A stretch of 64,000 bases of DNA from Planctomycetota bacterium (GTDB taxonomy: Bacteria > Planctomycetota > JAJSAM01 > JAJVHW01): positions 785,081-849,080 of the forward strand of contig CBDFJG010000003.1 in the NCBI GenBank assembly GCA_965248445.1. The letters are read 5' to 3'. The translations under genes and the position numbers were made by a program. The notes under the pieces are model-generated. The model was not told the origin of the DNA. It did not search any database and saw nothing but the letters and a program-made list of their open reading frames with translations. This document shows positions 1 to 11,534 of this stretch, in pieces (positions within the stretch are counted from its first letter, which is position 1; each line of letters begins with the position of its first letter).

Positions 1-471
1 TCCTGCGGCCTGCGCGCGTCCGAGGTCGCGGCGCTCCGGCTCGACCGTGTGCGACGGGACGAGAGTGTCGTGCGGATCCGTGGCAAGGGCGGCAAGGACC
101 GCATCGTGCCGTTCGGTGAGCGGGCCCGCGAGGCGCTGGACAGGTGGACCGACGAAGGCCGCCCTCACGTGGTTCCCACGTCCGGCGACGCGCCTCGGGA
201 AGTGCTGCTCTCGCTGCGCGGCCGCCCCATCTCGCGCCAGGACGTCTGGCGGATCGTACGCGAACGGGCCGAGGCGCGCGGTCTCGACGGGAAGCTGTCT
301 CCGCACACGCTGCGGCACTCGTTCGCCACACATCTGCTCACCGGCGGCGCCGATCTGCGCGTCGTGCAAGCGCTCCTCGGGCACGCATCCGTCAGCACGA
401 CGCAGATCTACACGCGCGTCGAAGCCGACCGCATGCAGGCGATGCACCGCAAGTTCCACCCGCGGAGCTGA
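1..471 (+). CDS. Tyrosine site-specific recombinase XerC/XerD family, C-terminal catalytic part (5' end outside window)
   Basis: The translation (RHSFATHLL...GADLRVVQALLGHASVSTTQIYT) contains the conserved R..H..R..Y catalytic tail of phage-integrase-family recombinases. The open frame runs to the window edge. Confidence 0.8.
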   Translation, partial: SCGLRASEVAALRLDRVRRDESVVRIRGKGGKDRIVPFGERAREALDRWTDEGRPHVVPTSGDAPREVLLSLRGRPISRQDVWRIVRERAEARGLDGKLSPHTLRHSFATHLLTGGADLRVVQALLGHASVSTTQIYTRVEADRMQAMHRKFHPRS

Positions 472-490
472 GCGTCACTCGCTCTGCGAC

Positions 491-979
491 TCACTTCGGC
501 TCGCCACGCGACGCCGGACCGCCCTGTGCGCGGACGACGCTCTCGATGCGGCCCAGCCCCGTCTTGAGCACCGTCGTCATGCACGCGACGCAGACCACGA
601 CGAGAACCCAGAGTGCCAAGCCCATGCGAATCGTCTCGAGCGGAGTCGTGTTCTCCGTGCGGGCACGCAGTGAACGGCGGGCGACGAAGCCTGCGATCAG
701 GAACACGAAGAGCGGCGCGAACCCCAGCAGAGCTGTCGGCCGGATGTCTCCGGCGCTGTCGTGGCGGAACATGTCGATGGTGAACCACGCGATGGCCCCC
801 GCGACCATCACGAAGGTCGCCGAGAAGATGTCGACCGCCGAGATCCACGTCGGCTCGATGAGCACGCGGCACTCCGGACACCGGACGCGAAGGGCCGCCC
901 GACCGATGTGCGCACCGCACGCCGGACAGCACCCCGGCTCCGGTGTCGAATCGGGCTTTCGCGGCGATGAGGTCTCCAT
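491..979 (-). CDS. Hypothetical zinc-ribbon membrane protein (DUF983-like)
   Basis: CPACG...CPEC zinc-ribbon motif followed by hydrophobic helices. The gene is convergent with the recombinase. Start is uncertain (M1 or M3). Confidence 0.4.
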   Translation of the reverse strand: METSSPRKPDSTPEPGCCPACGAHIGRAALRVRCPECRVLIEPTWISAVDIFSATFVMVAGAIAWFTIDMFRHDSAGDIRPTALLGFAPLFVFLIAGFVARRSLRARTENTTPLETIRMGLALWVLVVVCVACMTTVLKTGLGRIESVVRAQGGPASRGEPK

Positions 980-1010
980 CCGCACACTCTAGTCATGGCC
1001 GCAGGCGGCA

Positions 1011-2887
1011 TCACGCGTCGTCGGCGAGGTGCTCCTTGATGCGGAGTGCACGCTTCTTACCGATGCCGGGCACGGCGAGCAGATCGTCGAGGCTCGCTTC
1101 GCGGACCGCCTGGACGCTGCCGAAGCGGGTCAACAACTCACGGCGCCACTTGTCGCCGACACCCTCGATGCGGTCGAGCGCCGACTCGACGGCCATCTTC
1201 GAGCGCAGCTTGCGGTGGTACTGGATCGCGAACCGGTGGGCTTCGTCCCGGATCCGCGCGAGCAGATGCGTCGCGGCGGAGTCCGCGGGCGGGATGACCG
1301 CATCCGCCCGCCCCGGCACGAACACGCGCTCGAAAGCCCCCGCGCCGCCGCGGCCGGCACGCGCCTTGGCGAGGGCGACAACCGGCGGATCGCTCACACC
1401 CACTTCGTGCAGGGCCGCGCGCGCCGACGAGAGTTGCCCCTTCCCGCCGTCCACGACGATCAGGTCCGGGTGGTGGCCCGTGTCGTCGTCCTCATGGGTG
1501 CGGTAGCGGCGGTAGAGGATCTCGCGCATCGACGCGAAGTCGTCGTTCGCCTGCTTCTCCCGCACGCGGTAGTGCCGCCACGCGCCGCGCTCGGGACGGC
1601 CGTCGACGAAACGGACCATCGACGCGACGACCTCCCGCCCCTGCAGGTGGCTGACGTCGAAGCACTCGATGACCGCCGGCGGCCCGGGCAGGTGCAGCAG
1701 CTCCGCGAGTTGGGCCAGCGCGGCGAGCACGGCGGCCCGGTCCCGCCGGTGCGAACCGAGCGCGACGGTGGCGTTCTTCCGCGCCATCTCCATGAGTTCT
1801 CGTCCCCCACCCCGCTGCGGTACGCGCACGTCCACCTGGGCACCGCGCACTCCGGATAGATAGCCCTCGACGAGCTCCAGTTCCTCCGGCTCGTCGGAAA
1901 CAAGCACCTCAGGCGGGACGTACTTGGTCTCGTCGTAGAACTGCACCAGGAACGCCCGCATGAGGTCGCCGGAACCCCCCGCGGCGCCGGGCAGCGGGTA
2001 GCTGCGCGCGGAGACGACCGCGCCGTCCCGCACGAACAGCACCTGTGCAACGGCCATGCTGGGGCCTCCCTCCGCCGCTTCGTCCTGCGTGCTCGCCACC
2101 GCCACGAAGTCGCGGTCTACTCCGTCGGGCGCGGCAACCCGCTGGCTCTCCAGCGTCCGCTCGAGCGCGCGCAGCCGGTCGCGCACGCGTGCCGCGCTCT
2201 CGAAGCGCAGCGCCAGCGAGTCCTCGTCCATGCGCGCCCGCATGTCCCGCAGCACGTCCGGGCGGCGCCCGCGCAGGAGGTCGAGCGTTCCCTCGACCAT
2301 CGCAGCGTAGTCCTCCGACGACACGAGATCGTGGCACGGCGCCGCACACCGCTCGAGCTGGTAGTAGAGGCACGGTGCCGGAATCGTGTCCAGCGTGCGA
2401 TCCGAACAGGAGCGCAGAGGGAAAACCTCGCGCAGCGCCGTCAGCGTCGCACGCAAGGCACCGGCATCGGCGTACGGCCCGAAGTACAGGGCGCCGTCCT
2501 TGCGGAATCGCCGTACGAGCGTGATTCGCGGCCAGGCGTGCTGCAGATCCACCCGGAGGCACAGGTAGCGCTTGTCGTCGCGCAGCCGGACGTTGCCCGG
2601 CGGGCGCTCCTTCTTGATGAACGAGTTCTCGAGCACCAGGGCCTCGGCCGCGCTCGTCGTGGTAACGACTTGGACGTCGCGCCAGCGACGCAGGTACGGC
2701 ACGAGGTGCGGCCGCTCCTGCGCGCCCTTCGTCAGGTACGAACGCACACGGGAGCGCAAGCTCGTCGCCTTGCCGACGTAGAGGACGCGGCCGCTGCCAT
2801 CCTTCAGCAGGTAGATCCCCGGCGTGGTGGGCAGCTTCGCGACGCGCGTGCGCAGCGCCTCGGCGGCTTCGGCCGGGACCGGACTGC

Positions 2888-2891
<4 letters not shown>
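1011..2891 (-). CDS. uvrC: Excinuclease ABC subunit C (UvrC)
   Basis: GIY-YIG N-terminus ([18 protein letters not shown]), a UvrBC-interacting region, and a C-terminal RNaseH-like/HhH domain. 626 aa. Its ATG overlaps the uvrB stop codon (ATGA). Confidence 0.95.
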
Positions 2892-4930
<2,039 letters not shown>

Positions 4931-5050
4931 TCTCGCAGCCCCCCTCGGAAGCGCCGCCGGCCCGGGTGCGCGGCGTCGAAGCCTCGACACCGCGACACGG
5001 CGATGCCACGATGGGGCTTGGTCGAGTCCACGGTCGAGCCGTGACGGAAG

Positions 5051-6229
5051 GTGCTGCCGATGTCCGAAGAAATCGTCTCCTGTTCAGGCTGTGGAAAGAA
5101 GTTCCGCATACCCGACGGTGCACCGCCGGGGGCCTTCGACTGCACCGCGTGCGGCGCGTCGGTCGCGTACGGCGGCGCGGCCGCCGTCGCGACCGGGGGC
5201 GCGAGGCCCTCACGCTCCTCCGGCCGCAAGCGCGGCAAGTCCTCGCGCCGGTCGTCGCGGAGCGCCGCCGCGGCCAAGGGTTCGGCAACGGGTTCGGCCA
5301 AGGGCTCCTCGAAGAGCCGGCGCGGGAGGCGTTCGCGCGACGCCGAACCCGAGCCGGAGGAGACCGGCCGCCGCGGACGCCGCGGTGCGCGGGGCCGAGA
5401 GCGACCGGAGAAGCAGAGCAAGACCCTGCCGTTGATCATCGGGATCATGGGATGCGTCCTGCTCGCGGCGATCCTGATCATCGCGTTCACCGGCGGCGAC
5501 AAGAAGAAGGGCGGCGGTGACGACGTCGTCGTGCCGGAGGACAACGGTGGCGACGGCGGGCTCACGACCGGCGACGGCACGGGCACGACGTCGGGCGGCG
5601 GAGAGGACCCCGGCACGTCCGGAACCGAGACACCGAGCGGCGACACCACCGGTACTGGAACGGCCGGTGATGGCGTCGGCGACGAGTCGTCGGGCGGCGG
5701 CATCACCAGCACCCCGCCGGAGGACAACAGCGGCATCGGCGACTCGACCGGCGGTGAGTTCGAGCTGAAGGACTATCGCCACTACTTCCTCCTCCCCCTC
5801 GACGAGCTCTTCCAGCACGCCGAACCGATCGAGGGAACCACCGACGCGGAAATCGCCGCGATGACGCAGCAGGTGGTCGAGTTCGTCGACATGGACTCGG
5901 GCGCTGCCGGAATGCGTGCAGGCAACGCGCTCGAGAAGGTCGGCGCGAAGGCGATGCCGTTCCTCATCAACGCGATGTGTGACCAGTGGAACGGTGGCAA
6001 GTGGGCCGCGGAGAACGAGCAGTGGGCGTCTTGGCAGCTCCAGCAGACCTGCCGCCGCCTGATCCAGGCCACCAAGATGCCGTCCGAATTCGAGGCCCGC
6101 TTCAACCCTGGCACAGAGAATGAGCCGAAGATTTTCAAGCGCGCGTCTCGCATGTGGGTCGCCTGGTGGAAGGGCACGGGGCAGCACTTGAAGGAGTTCA
6201 CCCCTTATCCGGAGGATGAAGAGGAGTGA
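5051..6229 (+). CDS. Hypothetical protein with N-terminal zinc ribbon, basic region, one TM helix, a Gly/Thr/Ser-rich low-complexity linker and a C-terminal globular domain
   Basis: CSGCGKKF...CTACG motif, a K/R-rich stretch, the TM segment [21 protein letters not shown], a [35 protein letters not shown] linker, and a ~170-aa C-terminal domain. Third-position GC bias is consistent with coding. Confidence 0.5.
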   Translation: MLPMSEEIVSCSGCGKKFRIPDGAPPGAFDCTACGASVAYGGAAAVATGGARPSRSSGRKRGKSSRRSSRSAAAAKGSATGSAKGSSKSRRGRRSRDAEPEPEETGRRGRRGARGRERPEKQSKTLPLIIGIMGCVLLAAILIIAFTGGDKKKGGGDDVVVPEDNGGDGGLTTGDGTGTTSGGGEDPGTSGTETPSGDTTGTGTAGDGVGDESSGGGITSTPPEDNSGIGDSTGGEFELKDYRHYFLLPLDELFQHAEPIEGTTDAEIAAMTQQVVEFVDMDSGAAGMRAGNALEKVGAKAMPFLINAMCDQWNGGKWAAENEQWASWQLQQTCRRLIQATKMPSEFEARFNPGTENEPKIFKRASRMWVAWWKGTGQHLKEFTPYPEDEEE

Positions 6230-6396
6230 GGGAGACCCCGCCTCGACAGGCAGCGCGTTCAAGGCCAGCGCACGACGAGCCGACGCACGACTGCCGCTGA
6301 GGCGCTTCCCCTCCGGCGGGGACGACTGAACGCCCGCGGCCCGAGTCCGCGCGCCAGCGGACGAGGGGTGAGTGACGGCGACGCGCAGCGGTGCGA

Positions 6397-6417
6397 GGAC
6401 TCTCCAGTGGAGAGTCC
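6397..6417. promoter_or_regulatory. Perfect 21-bp palindrome GGACTCTCCA-G-TGGAGAGTCC in an intergenic region
   Basis: Read directly from the sequence. The 10-bp arms with a 1-nt centre look like a dyad-symmetric protein-binding site rather than a hairpin. Confidence 0.3.
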
Positions 6418-6500
6418 GAGAGGAGCGAACGCGCAGCGAAGGCGAAACGCCGGAGCGGAGGGCGGAGCAGTGAACAACGGCGGCAGCTCGCAGCAGGCGG

Positions 6501-6520
6501 ACCCGCCGCCTGAGCGGCGG
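6501..6520 (-). terminator. GC-rich hairpin (cccgccgc-ctga-gcggcggg) immediately downstream of the NIL-domain gene stop
   Basis: An 8-bp perfect stem with a 4-nt loop, 5 nt beyond the stop at 6525. There is no clear U-tract. Confidence 0.25.
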
Positions 6521-6524
6521 GTAG

Positions 6525-6761
6525 CTAGCCGTCGCTGTCGCTCAGCCGCTCAACCTGCACGCCGAGACCGCCCAGGTGCGTGATCGTCTCTTCGATGGCG
6601 TCGGGCTCGCCGTCGATCTGAAGCGCCACCAGCGCGATCTCGGACGTGATGCTCGCCCCGCGGATGTTCGTGCGGACGCCGAAGCGCTGCGTGACGTCAT
6701 ACAGCACGGGCTCGCTGATCAGCCTCTGCGGGAAGGTCAGGAAGACTCGGGTGGTCGCCAT
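6525..6761 (-). CDS. Small NIL-domain protein (MetN C-terminal-like, ~78 aa)
   Basis: MATTRVFLTFPQRLISEPVLYDVTQRFGVRTNIRGASITSEIALVALQIDGEPDAIEETITHLGGLGVQVERL resembles stand-alone NIL/ACT-like regulatory domains. Only the 3' 237 nt of the long ORF 6525..7235 is used. Confidence 0.5.
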   Translation of the reverse strand: MATTRVFLTFPQRLISEPVLYDVTQRFGVRTNIRGASITSEIALVALQIDGEPDAIEETITHLGGLGVQVERLSDSDG

Positions 6762-7501
6762 GGACACAGCGTACCGGCCCACCGCCCGGGAAGCAGAAGC
6801 AGGATTCCACCGAGCCCGAGTAAGCACGCACTGAAGGCGAACGGCGACGGTGGCGGGCTGGGGTAGTACTGCCCGATCACGGAGAGCCCCTCCCCGCCCC
6901 GCTCCGGTCCGTCGTACATCATCTTGGAGGCGAGCCAGTCCACCCCCGCCCCGCCGCGCACGGACGTGACCGCGGCCAGGGGACTGGCGAGAAGGACGCG
7001 CCGCGCGCGAACGGGACTCGCGGGCGTCGAGCCGTGCCACTCGATCCACGGATCTGCCACGAAGAGCGCGCCGATCAGGACAAGCGGGAGCGCCGCCGCA
7101 GGCAGCACGGCCTCTGCACTGTCGAGACCGAACAGTCGCGCGGTGCGCGCGACAAGGACTGCCAGAACGCCGCACGCGCAGGGAACCAGGGCCGCCCCCA
7201 ATCCGGCGGCGCCGGCACGCGCGATGAGCGAACACAGTGCCGCCCCCACGAGCGTGCCCGCGGCGAGGAGTCCCATGGTCCGAAGCGTGGGGCGACGCGA
7301 CACGTGCCGCGCTCCCATGGCACCGCCCGCAACGCTCGCCACGACAAGCCAGATCGTGAGCACCGCGGCGGCACGCTCGGCCGGCAGCGCCTCGGCCACC
7401 AGGCCGCGCACTCCCAATCCGACGGCGCTGCCGACGAGAGCACCGCCGACGAGAACACGGGAGACGACGGCCACGAGAGCGGCGCGCGCGTCGCGACTCA
7501 C
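6737..7501 (-). CDS. Hypothetical polytopic membrane protein
   Basis: Four or more hydrophobic helices rich in Ala/Leu/Gly/Val. The start is uncertain (a GTG near 7501 would avoid overlap with the upstream gene). Confidence 0.3.
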   Translation of the reverse strand: MSRDARAALVAVVSRVLVGGALVGSAVGLGVRGLVAEALPAERAAAVLTIWLVVASVAGGAMGARHVSRRPTLRTMGLLAAGTLVGAALCSLIARAGAAGLGAALVPCACGVLAVLVARTARLFGLDSAEAVLPAAALPLVLIGALFVADPWIEWHGSTPASPVRARRVLLASPLAAVTSVRGGAGVDWLASKMMYDGPERGGEGLSVIGQYYPSPPPSPFAFSACLLGLGGILLLLPGRWAGTLCPWRPPESS

Positions 7502-8715
7502 TCGACGCAGGACGCCAGCGCGGTCAGGGCGTAGCTCGTCGCGAGGATGGGGTTGCCCTCCATCCAGCGCTCCGAGTTCTCGTTCAGCCACGAGCCGTCG
7601 TCCCGCTGGCGCGCGAGCAGTGCACGGGAGAGCGCAGCGCGCCATTTCACCTTACCCGTCGGCGCGTCGACCTCGTCGACTCCGGCGAGTGGCAGCGTCT
7701 TGCCCATCGTTGCGTAGTAGTAGTACAGGCCCTCGAAGCGCTGTTTCTCGGCCATCCCCGGGTTGTGCTCGAGTGTCCAGTTGTCCGTCACCCAGTCGAG
7801 GGCCGACTTCACGCGCGGGTCCGAAGCATCGAGGCCCGCGAAGTGGTAGCACCGCAGGAGCGCGTACGTCATCGATCCGTACGAGCGCAGACGACCGCTG
7901 CCGTCGGGTAGTTCGTCGACGCCACCCTTGCTGTTCCCGGGGAAGTAGTTGGCCCCGCCGTCGTTGCCCCGCACGACTGTCTTGCCGGTCTTCGGGTCCT
8001 CCCACTTGGTGGGCTCGCCCGGGCCTTCGTTCTCCTTGCGGTTGTGCGTGCGCTGCAAGAACGTGATGGCGCGCTGGAACACCGGGTCGTCCTCGGTGAT
8101 CCCGGCCGCGCGAAGACTTGCAAGTGCGTACTGCGTGTTGGAGAGGTCGGAGCGCGTGTTGTCCGAGCCGTACCCGATGCCGCCGTACGTCGGGTTCGTC
8201 TCGTCGAGGCGCTGCAGCGACTTGATGAACTTCGTCGCCTGCTCGACTTCGTCCTTGTACTCGGCCTTGCCGGACGCGGCGAGCGCCATGATCACGACGG
8301 CCGTCTCGTAGTTGGGGCGGTACGACTCGTCCACGCTGCCGGTCGTGTTGATCGACTTGGCGATGAACGCGAGCCCCAGGTCGATCGCCTCGCGGTCGGC
8401 GTCGTTCGGACCGCCAGGCCGCTCGAGCATGTTCGCGAGCGCGAGGGCGGTCAGGCCGACCTGCGGACCCTGGCCCTCGATCGAGATCACCCCGTCCTGC
8501 ATGACGTTCCGCAGGAATGCGGTGCCGCGGTCGTAGGAGGCCAGGATCGCGTCCGGAGCGGGCGCCTCGACGACCTCTACCTCGGCGCTTCCGGCATCCG
8601 GAGCGGTCTGGGCATCCTCGCCGCAGCCGCCGACGACCAAAGCGGCCAGTGCCAGGCTCGTCAGACAGGCGGCCCGGAGGCCGTTCTCAAGCGTCGTCAG
8701 CGTCTTCATCGTCAT
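7498..8715 (-). CDS. Lipoprotein with prenyltransferase/squalene-oxidase (terpenoid cyclase beta-domain-like) repeats
   Basis: Lipobox at MTMKTLTTLENGLRAACLTSLALAALVVGGC. There are repeated Q/W-rich alpha-alpha toroid repeats (SLQRL...GGIGYGS, FLQRTHN, RQRDDGSW). Confidence 0.65.
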   Translation of the reverse strand: MTMKTLTTLENGLRAACLTSLALAALVVGGCGEDAQTAPDAGSAEVEVVEAPAPDAILASYDRGTAFLRNVMQDGVISIEGQGPQVGLTALALANMLERPGGPNDADREAIDLGLAFIAKSINTTGSVDESYRPNYETAVVIMALAASGKAEYKDEVEQATKFIKSLQRLDETNPTYGGIGYGSDNTRSDLSNTQYALASLRAAGITEDDPVFQRAITFLQRTHNRKENEGPGEPTKWEDPKTGKTVVRGNDGGANYFPGNSKGGVDELPDGSGRLRSYGSMTYALLRCYHFAGLDASDPRVKSALDWVTDNWTLEHNPGMAEKQRFEGLYYYYATMGKTLPLAGVDEVDAPTGKVKWRAALSRALLARQRDDGSWLNENSERWMEGNPILATSYALTALASCVE

Positions 8716-8807
8716 CTGGCTCCTGCTCGTCGCAAGCCGGCCCATGGTAGGGCGTCCTCCATTCCAACGGAGAGCCGTCGGCGTGGTTCGGGGCGTTCGC
8801 GCCCGGT

Positions 8808-9686
8808 TCACCTCTCCCGCCGCACCGCCTCCAGAGCATCGAGGAACTTCTGGTTCTCTTCCAGTGCTTCGGTCGCGGCGTGGGTGGACCTGCTCGCCGC
8901 GATCATCAACTCCTGGAACAGCGGAGCCCGCTCGTCGAACAGGCGGAAGTACTCGGCCCACGCGTCGAACTCAGCGCTCAGGCGCCGGCCCTGCGCACCC
9001 TCGGGCAGCCGCGACGCGCGCAACTCCTCGATCTTGGGGAGCAGGTGACGCCGCATCGTTGCCTGGATCCGGTCGACGGGCACTGTGCCCTTCTCGAAAT
9101 CGGAGAGCTGGTGGTTCTGGAAGTCCCCCACGAGCTGCGCCAACTGGCTGTGTCGATAGTCCGGGACATCGCCGGCCACACCGGCCATGTACTCGTTTGT
9201 TGCCGCCTCGGCCCGCGCCTGCGCCTCCAGCAAGTCGAGCAGCCCGCCATCGGCATCCCGCGCCCGCTCGTTCACGCTGCGCGCCTGCAACTCGAGCGAC
9301 GCGAACTCGTAGCGAGCGGACGCGAATGCGATCAGATGCTCGTGGGCGGCGGTGATGCGGGGATCGTCCGTCTCGAGTGCGCCCACCTCGTTCACCAACT
9401 CTGCGTAGAACGGCACCGCATCGTCCTGCAGGAGCGCGTAGTACGACGGGTGCGCGGGGTCGTCCTGACGCAGTTTGATGACCTTGCTCCACCGCGTGTA
9501 GACGGCGGACTCGCTCTCGAGCAGCTTCTCGACCGCGGCGCTGTAGGTCGCGTACTCGACGGCCAGGTCGGATGCACCGCACGCGGTGACGCCGCTCAGC
9601 GCAGCGCCGGCGATAGCGAGCAGCCGCACCGCAACGCGAGCGCTGCTGTGCCAGATTCTGTGCCGGTCGAGATACGCAACGTGCAT
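8808..9686 (-). CDS. Hypothetical lipoprotein (alpha-helical)
   Basis: Internal start MHVAYLDRHRIWHSSARVAVRLLAIAGAALSGVTACG gives a signal peptide plus lipobox. The remainder is helical and acidic. The long N-terminal extension of the ORF was rejected. Confidence 0.45.
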   Translation of the reverse strand: MHVAYLDRHRIWHSSARVAVRLLAIAGAALSGVTACGASDLAVEYATYSAAVEKLLESESAVYTRWSKVIKLRQDDPAHPSYYALLQDDAVPFYAELVNEVGALETDDPRITAAHEHLIAFASARYEFASLELQARSVNERARDADGGLLDLLEAQARAEAATNEYMAGVAGDVPDYRHSQLAQLVGDFQNHQLSDFEKGTVPVDRIQATMRRHLLPKIEELRASRLPEGAQGRRLSAEFDAWAEYFRLFDERAPLFQELMIAASRSTHAATEALEENQKFLDALEAVRRER

Positions 9687-9810
9687 CGATGGTGTTGGAC
9701 GAGCGGGAGACCCGCAGGACGAAACACGACCGCGCGGGAACCGCGCCTTGTAGCCGGACCCGCCGTCTGTTCCGGTGGTATACTGCCCCTGCGAGCGAGG
9801 AAGGAGAACG

Positions 9811-11529
9811 ATGGGCAGGCGCGTCCTTCTCGCTGCGGTCTTCGCACTCCTCCTGCTCACGGTCCTGCCCGTCGGCCGCGCCCTGTTCTCCGCGTTCGTC
9901 GTGGACGACGCCCCGGGCCGCCCGACCGAGTTCACCCTGGACCATGTCGCCGAGGTGTTCGCCCCGGGGTCGGCCGCGGACGAGGTCCCGAGCGAGGCGG
10001 CGCCCGCCGCTCGGTCTGGCTGGTCGCGCTTCCGGATGCTGGGCAACAGCGCCGCCATCGGCGCGCTCGCGGCCCTCCTCGCAGTGCTCGTCGGCGTGCC
10101 CATGGCCGTGCTCGTCGCGCGCACGGACCTGCCGTTCCGGCGAACGCTCGGGCTGATCTGCTACGCGCCTCTCGTGCTGCCCCCCCTGCTCGTGGCCCTC
10201 GCCTGGAACATGATCCCAGCGCTCGAGCCGCCGCCGATCACCTCCGCGCCGGAGCCGGGGGCACTCGCTGGAGTGATCGGAATCGTCCGCGCCGCCGCGC
10301 TCTTCGCGCTCTGCTACTACCCGATCGTGGTGCTGTTCGCGCGACGGGCGCTGTCCGAGGTGCCCGGGGCGGTAGAGGAGTCCGCGCGGCTGACCCTCGG
10401 CCGCGGACGGGCGCTCCGGCGCGTCACGCTGCCACTGGTCTGGCCCGGTGTTGTGGCAGGAGCGCTGTTCGTATTCCTGTTCGCGCTGAACGACTTCGCC
10501 GTCGTCGACTTCCTCAACTGGGTCCGTCCCACGGGCGCGCGCGTGGCGGTCTACCCCTTCGAGTCGTTCTCCGCGTGGAACAAGTCCAACGGCCAGGGGC
10601 CGGCGACCGCACTCGGCCTGCCGCTCCTCGTCCTCGGTCTGGCGACCCTCTTCGCCGTCCACCGACTGATCGGACGGCGTTCGCGTGCGTCCGTCGGTGG
10701 AGCGCATCGCCCCGCGGCACGCATGCGCCTGGGCGTCGCACGCTGGCCGGCATTCGCCGCCGCCGTGGCGCTGATCGGCGTCTCCGCCGTCGCGCCGGTC
10801 GCGACACTGGTCTGGCGCGCGGGCGGCGGCGACGCGTACCGCCGGGTCTGGCAACTCGTGGCCGGCGCCACCTCCTCGACCGACGAGGTGGCGTGGACTC
10901 TCTGGTTCGCCGCCGCGGCCGCGGCGCTCGCGCTGCCGCTCGCGTTCGTGCTGGCACACCGCGCCGCGCGCAGCGGCAGCACCTGGCTACCGGCACTCGC
11001 ACTTCTGCCGCTGGCGTTGCCGCCGATCTTCCTCGGGGCCGGCTACCTCCGCCTGCTGAACCACCCGGCGCTCTCCGAACTGGTCGGGGGGCGCAACCCG
11101 TTCCTGGACCCGGACACGCCGCGATACGGTCCGATCCTGCTGCTGGTCGCCAAGTACCTGCCGTTCGCGATCGCGGCGCTGTGGGCGGCGTTCCTCGAGA
11201 TCGACCCGCGGCTGGAGGAAGCCGCGCGTACCGCAGGAGTGCGCCCGCTCGCCCGCGTGCTCGGCGTGCTCGAACCGCTCGTGCGGCCCGCGTCGGCCCT
11301 CGCGTTCGTGCTGGTCTTCGTGTTCGCGCTACGCGAGATCGACACGATCGTGCTGCTGACCGGCGAGACGGTCATGCGGAAGATCTACTCGATGGTGCAC
11401 TTCAGCCGCGACGAGCAGGTAGCGGCGTTATCCGTGATCTTGATCGCGATGCAGGCGATTCCGTTCGTCGTCCTGGCGATCCTCACCTCCGGGCGCTCGA
11501 ACGTCGCGGCCGAGGCCCGTACGCACTAG
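9811..11529 (+). CDS. ABC transporter permease with duplicated transmembrane domains (FbpB/ThiP iron(III)/thiamine-type)
   Basis: Two copies of the binding-protein-dependent inner-membrane component fold with EAA-like loops. About 12 TM segments. No cognate ATPase or SBP lies in the window. Confidence 0.7.
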   Translation: MGRRVLLAAVFALLLLTVLPVGRALFSAFVVDDAPGRPTEFTLDHVAEVFAPGSAADEVPSEAAPAARSGWSRFRMLGNSAAIGALAALLAVLVGVPMAVLVARTDLPFRRTLGLICYAPLVLPPLLVALAWNMIPALEPPPITSAPEPGALAGVIGIVRAAALFALCYYPIVVLFARRALSEVPGAVEESARLTLGRGRALRRVTLPLVWPGVVAGALFVFLFALNDFAVVDFLNWVRPTGARVAVYPFESFSAWNKSNGQGPATALGLPLLVLGLATLFAVHRLIGRRSRASVGGAHRPAARMRLGVARWPAFAAAVALIGVSAVAPVATLVWRAGGGDAYRRVWQLVAGATSSTDEVAWTLWFAAAAAALALPLAFVLAHRAARSGSTWLPALALLPLALPPIFLGAGYLRLLNHPALSELVGGRNPFLDPDTPRYGPILLLVAKYLPFAIAALWAAFLEIDPRLEEAARTAGVRPLARVLGVLEPLVRPASALAFVLVFVFALREIDTIVLLTGETVMRKIYSMVHFSRDEQVAALSVILIAMQAIPFVVLAILTSGRSNVAAEARTH

Positions 11530-11534
11530 GAGCT

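Noticed and set aside
144-992. Long Arg/Ala/Pro-rich ORFs overlapping or antisense to real genes (e.g. 144..992, 1029..1859, 3476..5044, 8880..11825, 8971..10959, 17206..19011, 21745..23532, 62248..63633)
   Set aside because: They are typical high-GC artefacts: extreme Arg/Pro/Gly composition, no motifs, and they lie in frames or strands that overlap well-supported conserved genes.
6762-7235. Upstream two-thirds of ORF 6525..7235
   Set aside because: Only the last 78 codons (NIL domain) look like protein. The rest is Arg-rich and overlaps the membrane-protein frame.
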